A DNA stretch of 64,000 nt from an uncultured archaeon (GTDB lineage Archaea > Asgardarchaeota > Lokiarchaeia > Sigyniarchaeales > SOKP01). The notes beneath the pieces are model-generated. The model did not search any database, had not been told where the DNA came from, and worked only from the letters and a program-made list of their open reading frames with translations. Positions within the stretch are counted from its first letter, which is position 1. Each line of letters begins with the position of its first letter. The translations under genes were made by a program, and so were the position numbers. Location: the NCBI GenBank assembly GCA_964493715.1, contig CAZBPC010000001.1, forward strand, positions 76,383 through 140,382, in the 5' to 3' direction. Positions 10,331-19,612 of this stretch are shown piece by piece.

Positions 10331-12706
10331 ATGCCAAAATGCAAGTTCTGTGAAAGCGAAAAGATTACATTCACTTGTGAAAAATGCAACTCAAGCTTTT
10401 GCATCAATCATATGGCGAGCACTGAAGAATGGATTTGTAAAAAACACGATCATAATTATTCAAAAGCTAGTGCAGCAGAAAAGTTCTATCGATGTACGAT
10501 TATTGAAAATAGCAAGTGTCCTGAATGCGATGCACTCCTACGATTAGAGAGATTATCATCAGGGCAGTATTATTTGGAATGTACTGATGAATCTTGTGGA
10601 TGGAATTCTTATTTAAAGACACCAGGCTTATTTTTCCCAACAAAAGAACAATTAGCGCGGGAAGCTGCAAAAAATAAATTAATAACAGGATATCGGTTAG
10701 AACTTTGTCGCAGAACCTTGAAGAAAAATATTGGAAAAGAAATATGTCCCGAATGTTTCCTTGAATTATTGAAAAGAGCTCATATTACGAATTTTTCTAC
10801 AGTTATGGAGTCATTTAATATTCCCGCAAAACAACTAATTAAATTGATTAACCAATACATTAATGAAGAAAGAATTTATGGAATTATTGAACAGAAAACT
10901 CAGATGTTTTATTATATTTCGGAAGAGATTCGAGAACAAGTTTTATCCAAAATCCAAGATGACGGAAAGATTAATATTAAAGATTTAGGACTTATGTTAG
11001 ACATGAATTCTGATATTGTAATGAAGGTTATCTATAAAATTATTAATCAATATCAGATCAGGGGCTCTTTTTCAGAAGATAAAAGCTTTTATTATACCCA
11101 GAAATATATATTGGATAATTTAATAAAAGAAATAAAAGAAAAAGGGAGAATCTCACTATCAGACCTTGCTAAGTTGTTTGGAATTCCAAAGGAATTAACC
11201 AAATCATTTTGCGTAAATATAATGAGGACTGGGGCTATCAATTCTTTTTTTGCCGCAAGAGGAAATGAAATTATCACTGCTGGACAGATTTATACTGAAA
11301 TTAAGGCTTTTTCAAAAGAAGAGGGATTATTTGAATTATCCAAATTAGCTGAGAAGCTAAAAATTGCTGTCGAATTAGCCAGAAAGAGCTTACATGAATT
11401 GATAAAATCAGGATCAATAAAAGGGATCTTTACACAAAGAAGGGAGTTCATGACCAGAAGATATCTTGAAGGAAAAATAAAAGAACTCGCAAGAGCATAT
11501 AGAACGATGCCTTTGAGAGAATTATCAAACAGATTGGGCGTAACTGAATCAAGCATTGAAGAGAATTTAGCTCAATTAATCGGTAGAGGAGATATAGATG
11601 GCTATATTGACTTACATCAACGATTATTTGTTGCTTATAGTGTTCCTAGAACTAGTGGTGGTGAAGCAACCCCTAAAAAACAAGAAGATATTGAACCAAT
11701 AGATGAAGGTAAGATTGAAGTCGTAAGAGATTATGATTTTGAGGGGGGTCAAGTTCACATGAAAGTAGCAATTCGCAATAAAAGTAACATGGCGATTAAC
11801 AATGTCAAAGTAATATTAGACGCTCCTTCTAGCTTCAAAATGAAACAACCTCTATTTAGCATACCTGTTATAGAAAGTAAGTCAAGTAGAGGTGTTGATT
11901 TTTATCTAGAACCTAAAACATGTGGATCCTCAAACGTTGGGGGTACTGTAATATATAAAGATGCGACTGGTAAAAAACATACTATTAATATTAAAAAAAA
12001 AGAAGTTCAAATCAAATGTCCATTAGTTTGCACGAATTTATCTAACATTGAAGATTGTCAGGTAGCAATACAAACACTTCCAAATGATGCTCGTGCGTTT
12101 TTAATCGCCGATCTAGATCCTCGATTAACTTTTAGAGCTGCGATAAGAACTTTAAAACATTTTGAAACTAGCACAGTAACCTCTCATGAGGGTAATGATA
12201 CTGCTGGTAAATACGAGGCTGAAGCATGGTTCTGTGCAGAGGCTAAAATAACAGGTGGCCGAATTATTACACGCGTCTACGTTTCAGAAAGTAGTCAATC
12301 TCTTGAAGTCCGTGTATGGTGTGGAAATGCTGGACAATTAACAGGATTTTTAGCGAGAATAATTGAACTCCTGTTTGAAGAGATTAACATAATCAGAAAA
12401 ATCAAAAGTGAAGAGAGAGAGAAGACAATTGATGTTATGGCAATAACTCAAAATTTAGCAGAAATAAGTGATTATTGTATGTTACGTTGGAAAGCACAGA
12501 ATATAAGAAATAAATTACACGACACTTTCGTCCGTTTACGTAAATTATTAGGAGACAACGAGGCAATTCTTGGTAGAATTGAATTTTGGCTTACTCAGTT
12601 AAATAAGTATGGAAAAGATGATAAAATCAGCGATGATGACGCAGATCGATTAGTACAAGATGTGGAGAAATTCAGAGGGGTCATCGCTCGGTCAATAAAA
12701 TTATAA
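10331..12706 (+). CDS. Multidomain protein: AN1-like Zn finger, Zn ribbon, tandem PCI/UFL1-like winged helices and a C-terminal adaptin-appendage-like region
   Basis: CKFC..CEKC..FCINH; CPEC..C....C; repeated winged helices (GKINIKDLG, GRISLSDLA, GLFELSKLA, YRTMPLRELSNRLGV...LIGRGDIDGYID); beta-rich region VAIRNKSNMAINNVKV. Confidence 0.6.
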   Translation: MPKCKFCESEKITFTCEKCNSSFCINHMASTEEWICKKHDHNYSKASAAEKFYRCTIIENSKCPECDALLRLERLSSGQYYLECTDESCGWNSYLKTPGLFFPTKEQLAREAAKNKLITGYRLELCRRTLKKNIGKEICPECFLELLKRAHITNFSTVMESFNIPAKQLIKLINQYINEERIYGIIEQKTQMFYYISEEIREQVLSKIQDDGKINIKDLGLMLDMNSDIVMKVIYKIINQYQIRGSFSEDKSFYYTQKYILDNLIKEIKEKGRISLSDLAKLFGIPKELTKSFCVNIMRTGAINSFFAARGNEIITAGQIYTEIKAFSKEEGLFELSKLAEKLKIAVELARKSLHELIKSGSIKGIFTQRREFMTRRYLEGKIKELARAYRTMPLRELSNRLGVTESSIEENLAQLIGRGDIDGYIDLHQRLFVAYSVPRTSGGEATPKKQEDIEPIDEGKIEVVRDYDFEGGQVHMKVAIRNKSNMAINNVKVILDAPSSFKMKQPLFSIPVIESKSSRGVDFYLEPKTCGSSNVGGTVIYKDATGKKHTINIKKKEVQIKCPLVCTNLSNIEDCQVAIQTLPNDARAFLIADLDPRLTFRAAIRTLKHFETSTVTSHEGNDTAGKYEAEAWFCAEAKITGGRIITRVYVSESSQSLEVRVWCGNAGQLTGFLARIIELLFEEINIIRKIKSEEREKTIDVMAITQNLAEISDYCMLRWKAQNIRNKLHDTFVRLRKLLGDNEAILGRIEFWLTQLNKYGKDDKISDDDADRLVQDVEKFRGVIARSIKL

Positions 12707-12791
12707 AAATAACCAGTTTTTTTATAATTAATAGGTATAAATATATAGTAAGTCTAATATTATTAAACTAATAGTTAAAAAACGGTTTATC

Positions 12792-13199
12792 ATGCCAATA
12801 GTATCGTTTTCTATAAATGAAAATCTCCGAGAGTTTATTAATAAGTTGGTCTCACGAAATCAATATGAGAATAAATCAAAGTTGATAAGAGACGCCCTTT
12901 TGAGATTAATGTCAAGCATGGATGTAGCAAGCATTGAATCCTTTAGTAATTTAGCCCCATTGGGTAAATCGATTATTGGGAATCTCATTATTGTAATGCC
13001 ACATGATTCAATAAAAAAAATGAATAAGATAGAAATAGAATTTCAAGAGTATATTATAAGCAAAAATCAACATTTTCAAGGAGATAACGCGATAATTTTC
13101 ATGATAATCGAGACGAGTATAGAAATATTTCAAAGATTTGTTGTGGAAATAAATGGAATTGAGGAAATCTCTAATTTTCGATACATGATTATGAACTAA
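12792..13199 (+). CDS. Ribbon-helix-helix (CopG/NikR-like) transcriptional regulator
   Basis: N-terminal IVSFSINENL...YENKSKLIRDAL RHH signature plus an ACT-like C-terminus. Confidence 0.8.
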   Translation: MPIVSFSINENLREFINKLVSRNQYENKSKLIRDALLRLMSSMDVASIESFSNLAPLGKSIIGNLIIVMPHDSIKKMNKIEIEFQEYIISKNQHFQGDNAIIFMIIETSIEIFQRFVVEINGIEEISNFRYMIMN

Positions 13200-13304
13200 T
13201 TTTCATTATCTCGTTTCTTATTTAAAAACGAAGTCAACTTTAAAATAAGTGTTACTTTTTATCATATATTTAAGTGTATCAAACTTGAATATTGGAAATG
13301 AAAC

Positions 13305-14444
13305 ATGGCTGTAGATCAAACATATATTAAAGATGTCCCTCAAGATGTATATCGTAAATTGCAGCAGCATCTTGATACTTTACCTATTGGATATCCACCA
13401 ACCGAATCGGGAACCGATTTAAAAATTTTGAAATTTATATTCTCACCTGAAGAAGCACTAATTGGAATTAACTTGAGATTGATTCCTGAGCCATTAAAGA
13501 CGATTCATAGGCGAATGAAAAAATATGGTATAACTCTAGAGCAACTTGAGAATGCTTTGAAAAATATGTACAAAAATGGAGCAATTAATGTTAAGAAAGT
13601 TGAAGGCGAAAAAGGAGAAGAGATTTATTATCAAAATGCTTTCTTAGCTGTTGGTATGTATGAATATCAATTGCATCGCATGGATGCGGAGTTTTATGAG
13701 ACATTTGAGCAATATATGGATGAAGTATTTAGAGATGAGGTGGCGAGTACAAAAATCAATCAATTACGGACTATTCCCGTGGAACAAAGCATAACTCCAG
13801 AACATAATGTTGCAACTTTTGATGAATTAAAGAATCTCATTGAAAATGCAGAGAGAATAGCTGTACAAGATTGTGTATGTCGACAAGGGAAAGACCTCAT
13901 AGGAAAACCTTGTAAACAATCAGATTTGAGAGAGGTATGCTTTGTGTTAGATAGTTCTGTTCAACATATTTTAGATAACGAAAAGGGGCGGGAGATAACA
14001 AAACAAGAAGCATATGATATTTTCGAGAAAGTACAACAAGCTGGATTGATTATTCAACCTGGAAATGCCATTAAACCAAATTTTATTTGTTGTTGTTGCG
14101 GTGATTGTTGCGATATGATAACGAACATAAAAAAATTAGATAGACCCGCTGATATGATGCATAGCAATTTTTATGCGGAAGTTGATGGGGAATCTTGTAT
14201 CGGTTGTGGTACTTGTGAACAACGTTGCCAACTCGACGCTATTTCATTAGAAGATGGTGGTGCTATAGTGAGTAAAGAATTATGCATAGGTTGCGGTAAT
14301 TGTACAACTACTTGTCCTGAAGGAGCTATAACGTTAAAAAGAAAGGAGAAAGAATTTATTCCAGTAAATTCAAGTACAGAGCTCTATTTAAAAATCATGC
14401 ATAAAAAAGCCGAACTGCGCCGAAAAGAGAAAGGATTGGAATAA
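13305..14444 (+). CDS. 4Fe-4S dicluster-binding protein
   Basis: CVCR, ICCCCGDCC and two CxxCxxCxxxC ferredoxin motifs. Confidence 0.9.
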   Translation: MAVDQTYIKDVPQDVYRKLQQHLDTLPIGYPPTESGTDLKILKFIFSPEEALIGINLRLIPEPLKTIHRRMKKYGITLEQLENALKNMYKNGAINVKKVEGEKGEEIYYQNAFLAVGMYEYQLHRMDAEFYETFEQYMDEVFRDEVASTKINQLRTIPVEQSITPEHNVATFDELKNLIENAERIAVQDCVCRQGKDLIGKPCKQSDLREVCFVLDSSVQHILDNEKGREITKQEAYDIFEKVQQAGLIIQPGNAIKPNFICCCCGDCCDMITNIKKLDRPADMMHSNFYAEVDGESCIGCGTCEQRCQLDAISLEDGGAIVSKELCIGCGNCTTTCPEGAITLKRKEKEFIPVNSSTELYLKIMHKKAELRRKEKGLE

Positions 14445-14478
14445 TTTAAAATATAAAAACAAGAAGTTATGTGATTTT

Positions 14479-14829
14479 ATGGGGAAGAATAAGTATGGTA
14501 AAGAAATTCAAAAAAAGAGCACCAGTTCAAGTAATCAAGGAGGTTCTCCAATTAAAGGGGGAAAAATAATAGCAAGTCATATTTTAGTTGATAAATTTAC
14601 TAAAGCTCAGGATCTCTATGAAGAAATTTTAGCAGGGGATAAGCTTGAAGACTTAGCAAGAAAATTTTCAACTTGTCCTAGTAAGAAACGAGGAGGTAAT
14701 TTAGGAGAGTTTACTAAAAATGACATGGTTCCAGAATTTTGGAATGCCTGTAAAGACCTAAAAATTGGAGGAATTTCAAAACCTGTTAAAACCAAATATG
14801 GATACCATATTATTAAAAGAACTGGATAG
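14479..14829 (+). CDS. Parvulin-type peptidyl-prolyl cis-trans isomerase
   Basis: ASHILV, LARKFSTCPSKKRGGNLGEF, MVPEF, PVKTKYGYHII. Confidence 0.95.
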   Translation: MGKNKYGKEIQKKSTSSSNQGGSPIKGGKIIASHILVDKFTKAQDLYEEILAGDKLEDLARKFSTCPSKKRGGNLGEFTKNDMVPEFWNACKDLKIGGISKPVKTKYGYHIIKRTG

Positions 14830-14850
14830 ATCTTTTAAAGGATGGTTAAG

Positions 14851-14979
14851 TAGCCCGGCACGGAGTTTCGATTGAATAAGAAATGTCCAATTTTCGAACC
14901 GTGGTCTCAGGATCTCCCTAAACCTCAGAATATGAGGGTTTTCAGAGTCCCAAATGCTTGACCGCTACACTACCGGGCT
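14851..14979 (-). tRNA. tRNA-Gln(CTG) with two 28-nt introns (37/38: 14914-14941; 59/60: 14865-14892)
   Basis: Acceptor AGCCCGG/CCGGGCT-A, D arm GTGT/GCAT, anticodon CTG at 14945-14943, T arm CACGG/CCGTG; removing both inserts gives a 73-nt cloverleaf; both junctions form bulge-helix-bulge motifs. Confidence 0.92.
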
Positions 14980-15161
14980 GAAAAATATTGATTGAATTTT
15001 TTTTAGACTATCATACCAATTGAAAGAATATCTAAAAATCATCCTTCTTTAGTACATTCTATAAGAGAGATGTATGACATTAAAATTTTTTTCTATAAAT
15101 GGGAAATTTTGACGAAAAATTTAGGATAGATTTTTATGCTAAAATGATTTTATAATTTATT

Positions 15162-15290
15162 GGATTACACAACAATATTCTTGGAGGATATTCCTAATTT
15201 TTAAAAAATATTTTCTACTAACCCTATTTTAGGGTTAAACCCCGTGACTGAAAACCCCGTATTAAAAATTGTATCCTCCTAGTGTAATCC
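15162..15290. ncRNA. Candidate structured non-coding element (nested inverted repeats)
   Basis: GGATTACAC/GTGTAATCC, GGAGGATA/TATCCTCC and AATTTTTAA/TTAAAAATT nested stems; internal TAACCCTA-TTT-TAGGGTTA hairpin; two AAACCCCGT copies. Confidence 0.45.
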
Positions 15291-15420
15291 TTTACAATTA
15301 ATTTATTATTTTTTTGCTAGATTTACTAAATTATAAGTCTAATTTAGAATGAGAAATTGCTCCTAGTGGTTTAGTTTAAGTTAATTTAAAAATAATAGAT
15401 AATAGTGGTGATCAATATTA

Positions 15421-15436
15421 TGCAAACCTTTAAATA
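15421..15436 (+). promoter_or_regulatory. Canonical archaeal BRE-TATA promoter
   Basis: GCAAACC followed by TTTAAATA, upstream of ATG 15498. Confidence 0.5.
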
Positions 15437-15497
15437 AAAAATTAGCATAAGATCAAAAATAGTTTAAATAATTTTGAAAAAAAAGAGTTAAATTAAA

Positions 15498-17099
15498 ATG
15501 CAGAAAAAAACTGTAATGATAATCACCTTGCTTTTAGCTGGTGGTCTAATCCCATCTGGTTTAGTAATGAATAATCTCATTAATAATGAAATTGCTCAAG
15601 GAGTTCCTGATGCGCTTCTTGGTATAAAAGAAGAAATGATTCCTGAAATTAATGAGACGATAAAAATAATGGCGATTCCTGATGTTTTAAGTGGAATTTA
15701 TGAAGAAGGTTTTCCATTAATTCACTTCTTAGTAAATTGTACTTTTCTTGCTGGGGCAATGAATGAATTTTATAATCTTCTTGGATTACCTGGCATCACA
15801 TTAATTTTAAATTTTGCTACACTCAGTGCACTCCTTACTTATATCGGATATCCCCCTGTAAAAGGAGTATCAGAGTATGTTTCCAATGCTACTTATTCGT
15901 TAAATTATACTGATGCGGCAAGTGAGGCATTGGCATTTGGCAATGATTCAATTGGATTACCCGGATTGATGGAAGACGTAGATGTAGGATGGGGTGTTTT
16001 AAATTACTTAGATCTCTATGATGAAGCTAGTTTAAATGACACAATAAAGGAATTCATGATCACCAATTACAATGCAACATGGGGTCAATTGACAAATTTA
16101 ACGAGCTATATATTAGATTATTTTATTGTAGAAGCAATAAACTTAATTCTTCTTAGTTCGTTGGCACCTCCAGAATATGTAGGATTAACCACGGTTGATA
16201 TCGCTGAAATCATGTATTATGACCAATGGGCAAATGCTTCAATGGGACAACTCGATCTCGGAGATTTACTTGGTATGCCTTATAGTGTTACCGGTTTTGA
16301 AGTGGGATATCCCATTGCTACAAATATTTCTTTTCAAATATGCTTAAATCTATATAATAAAACCAATTCATATTCATTTTTGAACATCACTTACAATGGA
16401 GATTTACCCTCGTTACAAGAATCTGATGGTTTAGCAATTTGGATCTTAGCAAATAATACTACGCTTGAAGCTAATTCTTCTAAAAATACTTTGAAAAATC
16501 AATTTAACCTAACTGATTTTCAACTTAATTCCATTCTTGCTTGGCTTTGGGGATATAATACTTCTGTTAAAGAAGATGTTGTTCCAGGATTATTTTTATA
16601 TGACAGAGGGATGACTCTCACAAGATTTTCAGAAATGCTTTTTTATGCCCAATGGGCAAATGGAACCCTATATCCTAATGGTTTAACTTTACCAATAGGC
16701 ATAGGAGTAAATGGATGGGAGGTAGGAGTGCCAATTCCCTCAACAATCTCATTAAAAGCATCTGAATCATTGTTTGATGAAACTAATGTTTATGCTTTAG
16801 TAAGTGAAAGTGGTCTCCAATATTGGTATGGTTTGTTAGACAATCCTGACCCTTTAACTTATAATAATTTGAAGACTTTTAATTATTTAAATAACGGTCA
16901 AATAAATGCGATTATATCATGGTTACCGACTTTCAGAGATAATATTGTTCCACTTTTAGCACAATTTCAAGAAGGTTTACCTTTTAACCCCTCTGAACTT
17001 TCTTCTTCCTTGCTTTACGGCATGACTATCTCTGGAGGTGTGATGGCGGTTATTGGAGTAGTAATGTTTATATTAATAAAAAGGAAAGTAAAGGCATAA
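15498..17099 (+). CDS. Double-anchored surface glycoprotein with an internal repeat
   Basis: N- and C-terminal hydrophobic helices; many NxS/T sequons; repeat 'Y.QWAN...G(F/W)EVG.PI...IS...L...N.Y...GL..W...Q.N.I..WL' present twice. Confidence 0.7.
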   Translation: MQKKTVMIITLLLAGGLIPSGLVMNNLINNEIAQGVPDALLGIKEEMIPEINETIKIMAIPDVLSGIYEEGFPLIHFLVNCTFLAGAMNEFYNLLGLPGITLILNFATLSALLTYIGYPPVKGVSEYVSNATYSLNYTDAASEALAFGNDSIGLPGLMEDVDVGWGVLNYLDLYDEASLNDTIKEFMITNYNATWGQLTNLTSYILDYFIVEAINLILLSSLAPPEYVGLTTVDIAEIMYYDQWANASMGQLDLGDLLGMPYSVTGFEVGYPIATNISFQICLNLYNKTNSYSFLNITYNGDLPSLQESDGLAIWILANNTTLEANSSKNTLKNQFNLTDFQLNSILAWLWGYNTSVKEDVVPGLFLYDRGMTLTRFSEMLFYAQWANGTLYPNGLTLPIGIGVNGWEVGVPIPSTISLKASESLFDETNVYALVSESGLQYWYGLLDNPDPLTYNNLKTFNYLNNGQINAIISWLPTFRDNIVPLLAQFQEGLPFNPSELSSSLLYGMTISGGVMAVIGVVMFILIKRKVKA

Positions 17100-17152
17100 A
17101 CGAATTATTATTCTTTTTTTAATATTTTTTAATTTAAAACAAATTAGAACGC

Positions 17153-18355
17153 TTAAGATTGATTTTTCTGAAATCTATAGTAAACTTCTTCAAAATATTT
17201 ATCTGACATTCCAGCTATATAATCTCTGACAATTAAAGTAAGCTTATTCTGATCTCGTAAGGGGTGATAGTATGTATTATATTCAGGATCGTCAATATAT
17301 GCCACATGATCATTAAAAATTGGTGAATCATATATTTCTTCTTCTAAATCTTTTAAAGCAGTTTTGAAGATGAGTTGGAACTTCTCTTTTAACTTATCAA
17401 GAAATTTTGCTCCATTTCCAATCATCAAATCTCGTCTCGTGTATATGCGATCATAATTAAATGCTTTTAATTCACGTAATGCTTCAAATACTTCTTCAGT
17501 ATATCCGATAGTCATATTTTCTAAACTATAGTTTAATAAATCCATGATCAAGGATTTCATAATTTCTCGGTTAGTATCCCCTAACACTTTTTTACAAAAT
17601 TCTGGTATTTCTTCTCTTTTAATGAATTTTAATAAAATTGCATCTTCGATATCCCTTCCAATATATGATATCGTGTCAGCAAATCTAACAGTAATACCCT
17701 CAAACGTGGTAGGAATTTTCCTGATCTTATTTTTCGTAATAGCGTCTTGGTATTCTTTATTGTGATCATCCCAAGTTTTACTGTTTATCTTATTAGGTTT
17801 TAATTCTCTTTCATAGATTTCTCCGTCGTGACATAAAATACCATCAAGTACTTGTAATGTTAAGTTCAATCCTTTTGCAGGTTCTTTTGGAAATCTTTTT
17901 TCCAAAAAGGAAAGCCATCGTACACCTTGAGCATTATGATTAAAATTACCCATTCGATACTCATTACTAATCTCGTCAAGGATTTGTTCCCCAAGATGAC
18001 CGAAAGGAGAGTGCCCAATATCATGACCAAGGGCAATTGCTTCAATTAAATCAGAATTTAATTTTAAGATTCTCCCGATTTGACGTGATACTCTAGACAC
18101 TAATAACACGTGGAGAGAACGATGCGTTATATTTGCATTCATTACTCCAAAGAAGACTTGCGTCTTATCTATATATCTCGCATATGCTTTAGAATGAACA
18201 ATTCTATCTACATCCCTAAAGAAAGGGGGGCGAATGTCAGATTCATCCTCTTCTTCATGAGATCTAATCGCCCAAGAATCAGGGATTCCTCGTTTACCTA
18301 AATCGGTATTTTTTTGCATGAGATGTTTGAATAATTCTATTCGAGCGGGATCCAT
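17153..18355 (-). CDS. dGTPase-like HD-domain phosphohydrolase
   Basis: RPPFFRDVDRIVHSKAYARYIDKTQV, HRSLH, GHDIGHSPFGHLGE, HNAQG, DYIAGMSD. Confidence 0.9.
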   Translation of the reverse strand: MDPARIELFKHLMQKNTDLGKRGIPDSWAIRSHEEEDESDIRPPFFRDVDRIVHSKAYARYIDKTQVFFGVMNANITHRSLHVLLVSRVSRQIGRILKLNSDLIEAIALGHDIGHSPFGHLGEQILDEISNEYRMGNFNHNAQGVRWLSFLEKRFPKEPAKGLNLTLQVLDGILCHDGEIYERELKPNKINSKTWDDHNKEYQDAITKNKIRKIPTTFEGITVRFADTISYIGRDIEDAILLKFIKREEIPEFCKKVLGDTNREIMKSLIMDLLNYSLENMTIGYTEEVFEALRELKAFNYDRIYTRRDLMIGNGAKFLDKLKEKFQLIFKTALKDLEEEIYDSPIFNDHVAYIDDPEYNTYYHPLRDQNKLTLIVRDYIAGMSDKYFEEVYYRFQKNQS

Positions 18356-18431
18356 TAGTCAACCACCATATATGAGGAATCTATTAATAAAACCTGATCT
18401 TTCTCATTATATTATAACGATGAGTTCGATA

Positions 18432-19373
18432 TTACACATTACCAAACTTTATAATAATAGCATCATGAGGACATTTTTCCTTGCAAGTCAAGCATATATT
18501 GCATTCACCATTTCCTGTGAAGAATTCAAATGGTTCATCTAAAATTCTAATTTGTTTAGGACATACTTTTTCACAAATACCACATTCGGATCTTCCAACA
18601 CATCTTACAGGATTTCTTGACAGTTTCAAGAATGAATAATCAGCAATTACAGCTGATATAGCAGCAAAAGGGCAAAAATACCTGCAATATATTCGCGGAT
18701 ACCAAATAGATAAGATAAGAATCAATAGATAGAAAAGAAAGATGAAAATCGCTGCCCAATTACCACTATTGAAAAATGTGGACCAGTTAGTTATAAATTC
18801 AATGAAATAAGAGAAGATAAACTCTGACATGGAAAAATAACCGATTGGTTTATTACCAAACTCACCCAATTGGGTTTTGAATTCTAAGTAAAATAATTGA
18901 TTCGCATTCTTCGTAAGTCCTAATGGTACTATGAAGATTATTAGAATGATTACAATAACATATTTAATATTGAGTAAAGATTTATGGCGTTTCGTTTTGG
19001 GTCTTTTCTTTTTTGTTGGTAGTGCTGCGCAAGCATCTTGAATAGTTCCTATTGGGCATACCCATCCACAAAATGATCTGTTCGTGAAAAGGATAAAAAG
19101 AATTAAAATAGAAATGAGTAATAATGGAAAGAATCCATTCCCAATCGAAAAAAAAATGTATTCAAGAATTCCCGCTCCATGCGAGAGAGGATTTCGAGGA
19201 CTATTTAGAATTGGAAGTACTTTAATAAGATCCTCAAAACCTTTTAAATTTATGCTAAAAATAGTCTCAAGAATTACATAGTTAATTAATAAGAAAGTAG
19301 TGATTTGGACTAAGCGTCTTGCTAGAATAATCTTATGATCTTTCAATTGAATTCTTAATTTCATTGGTACCAC
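18432..19373 (-). CDS. Membrane polyferredoxin (NapH/MauN-like 4Fe-4S binding protein)
   Basis: RSFCGWVCPIGTIQD, RIYCRYFCP and two C-terminal ferredoxin motifs. Confidence 0.88.
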   Translation of the reverse strand: MVPMKLRIQLKDHKIILARRLVQITTFLLINYVILETIFSINLKGFEDLIKVLPILNSPRNPLSHGAGILEYIFFSIGNGFFPLLLISILILFILFTNRSFCGWVCPIGTIQDACAALPTKKKRPKTKRHKSLLNIKYVIVIILIIFIVPLGLTKNANQLFYLEFKTQLGEFGNKPIGYFSMSEFIFSYFIEFITNWSTFFNSGNWAAIFIFLFYLLILILSIWYPRIYCRYFCPFAAISAVIADYSFLKLSRNPVRCVGRSECGICEKVCPKQIRILDEPFEFFTGNGECNICLTCKEKCPHDAIIIKFGNV

Positions 19374-19612
19374 TTAAAATATTTTAAAATTTAATCTAAT
19401 ATCTTATTCAAATTATTGGTGTTTAAAAAAATTAATTTAAATTAGGAATCATCTATGAAGAATAGAATCAATTATGTCAATTTTGGTTAAAATTTAATGT
19501 TAGTAAATCTAATAATTCCTAAAACTTTTAATATTAACAGAATTGACAATTTTTAAATAGAGGAGTTTTATTGCCCAAAATAAAAGTTTTGATTGTGGAA
19601 TGAATTAAAAAA

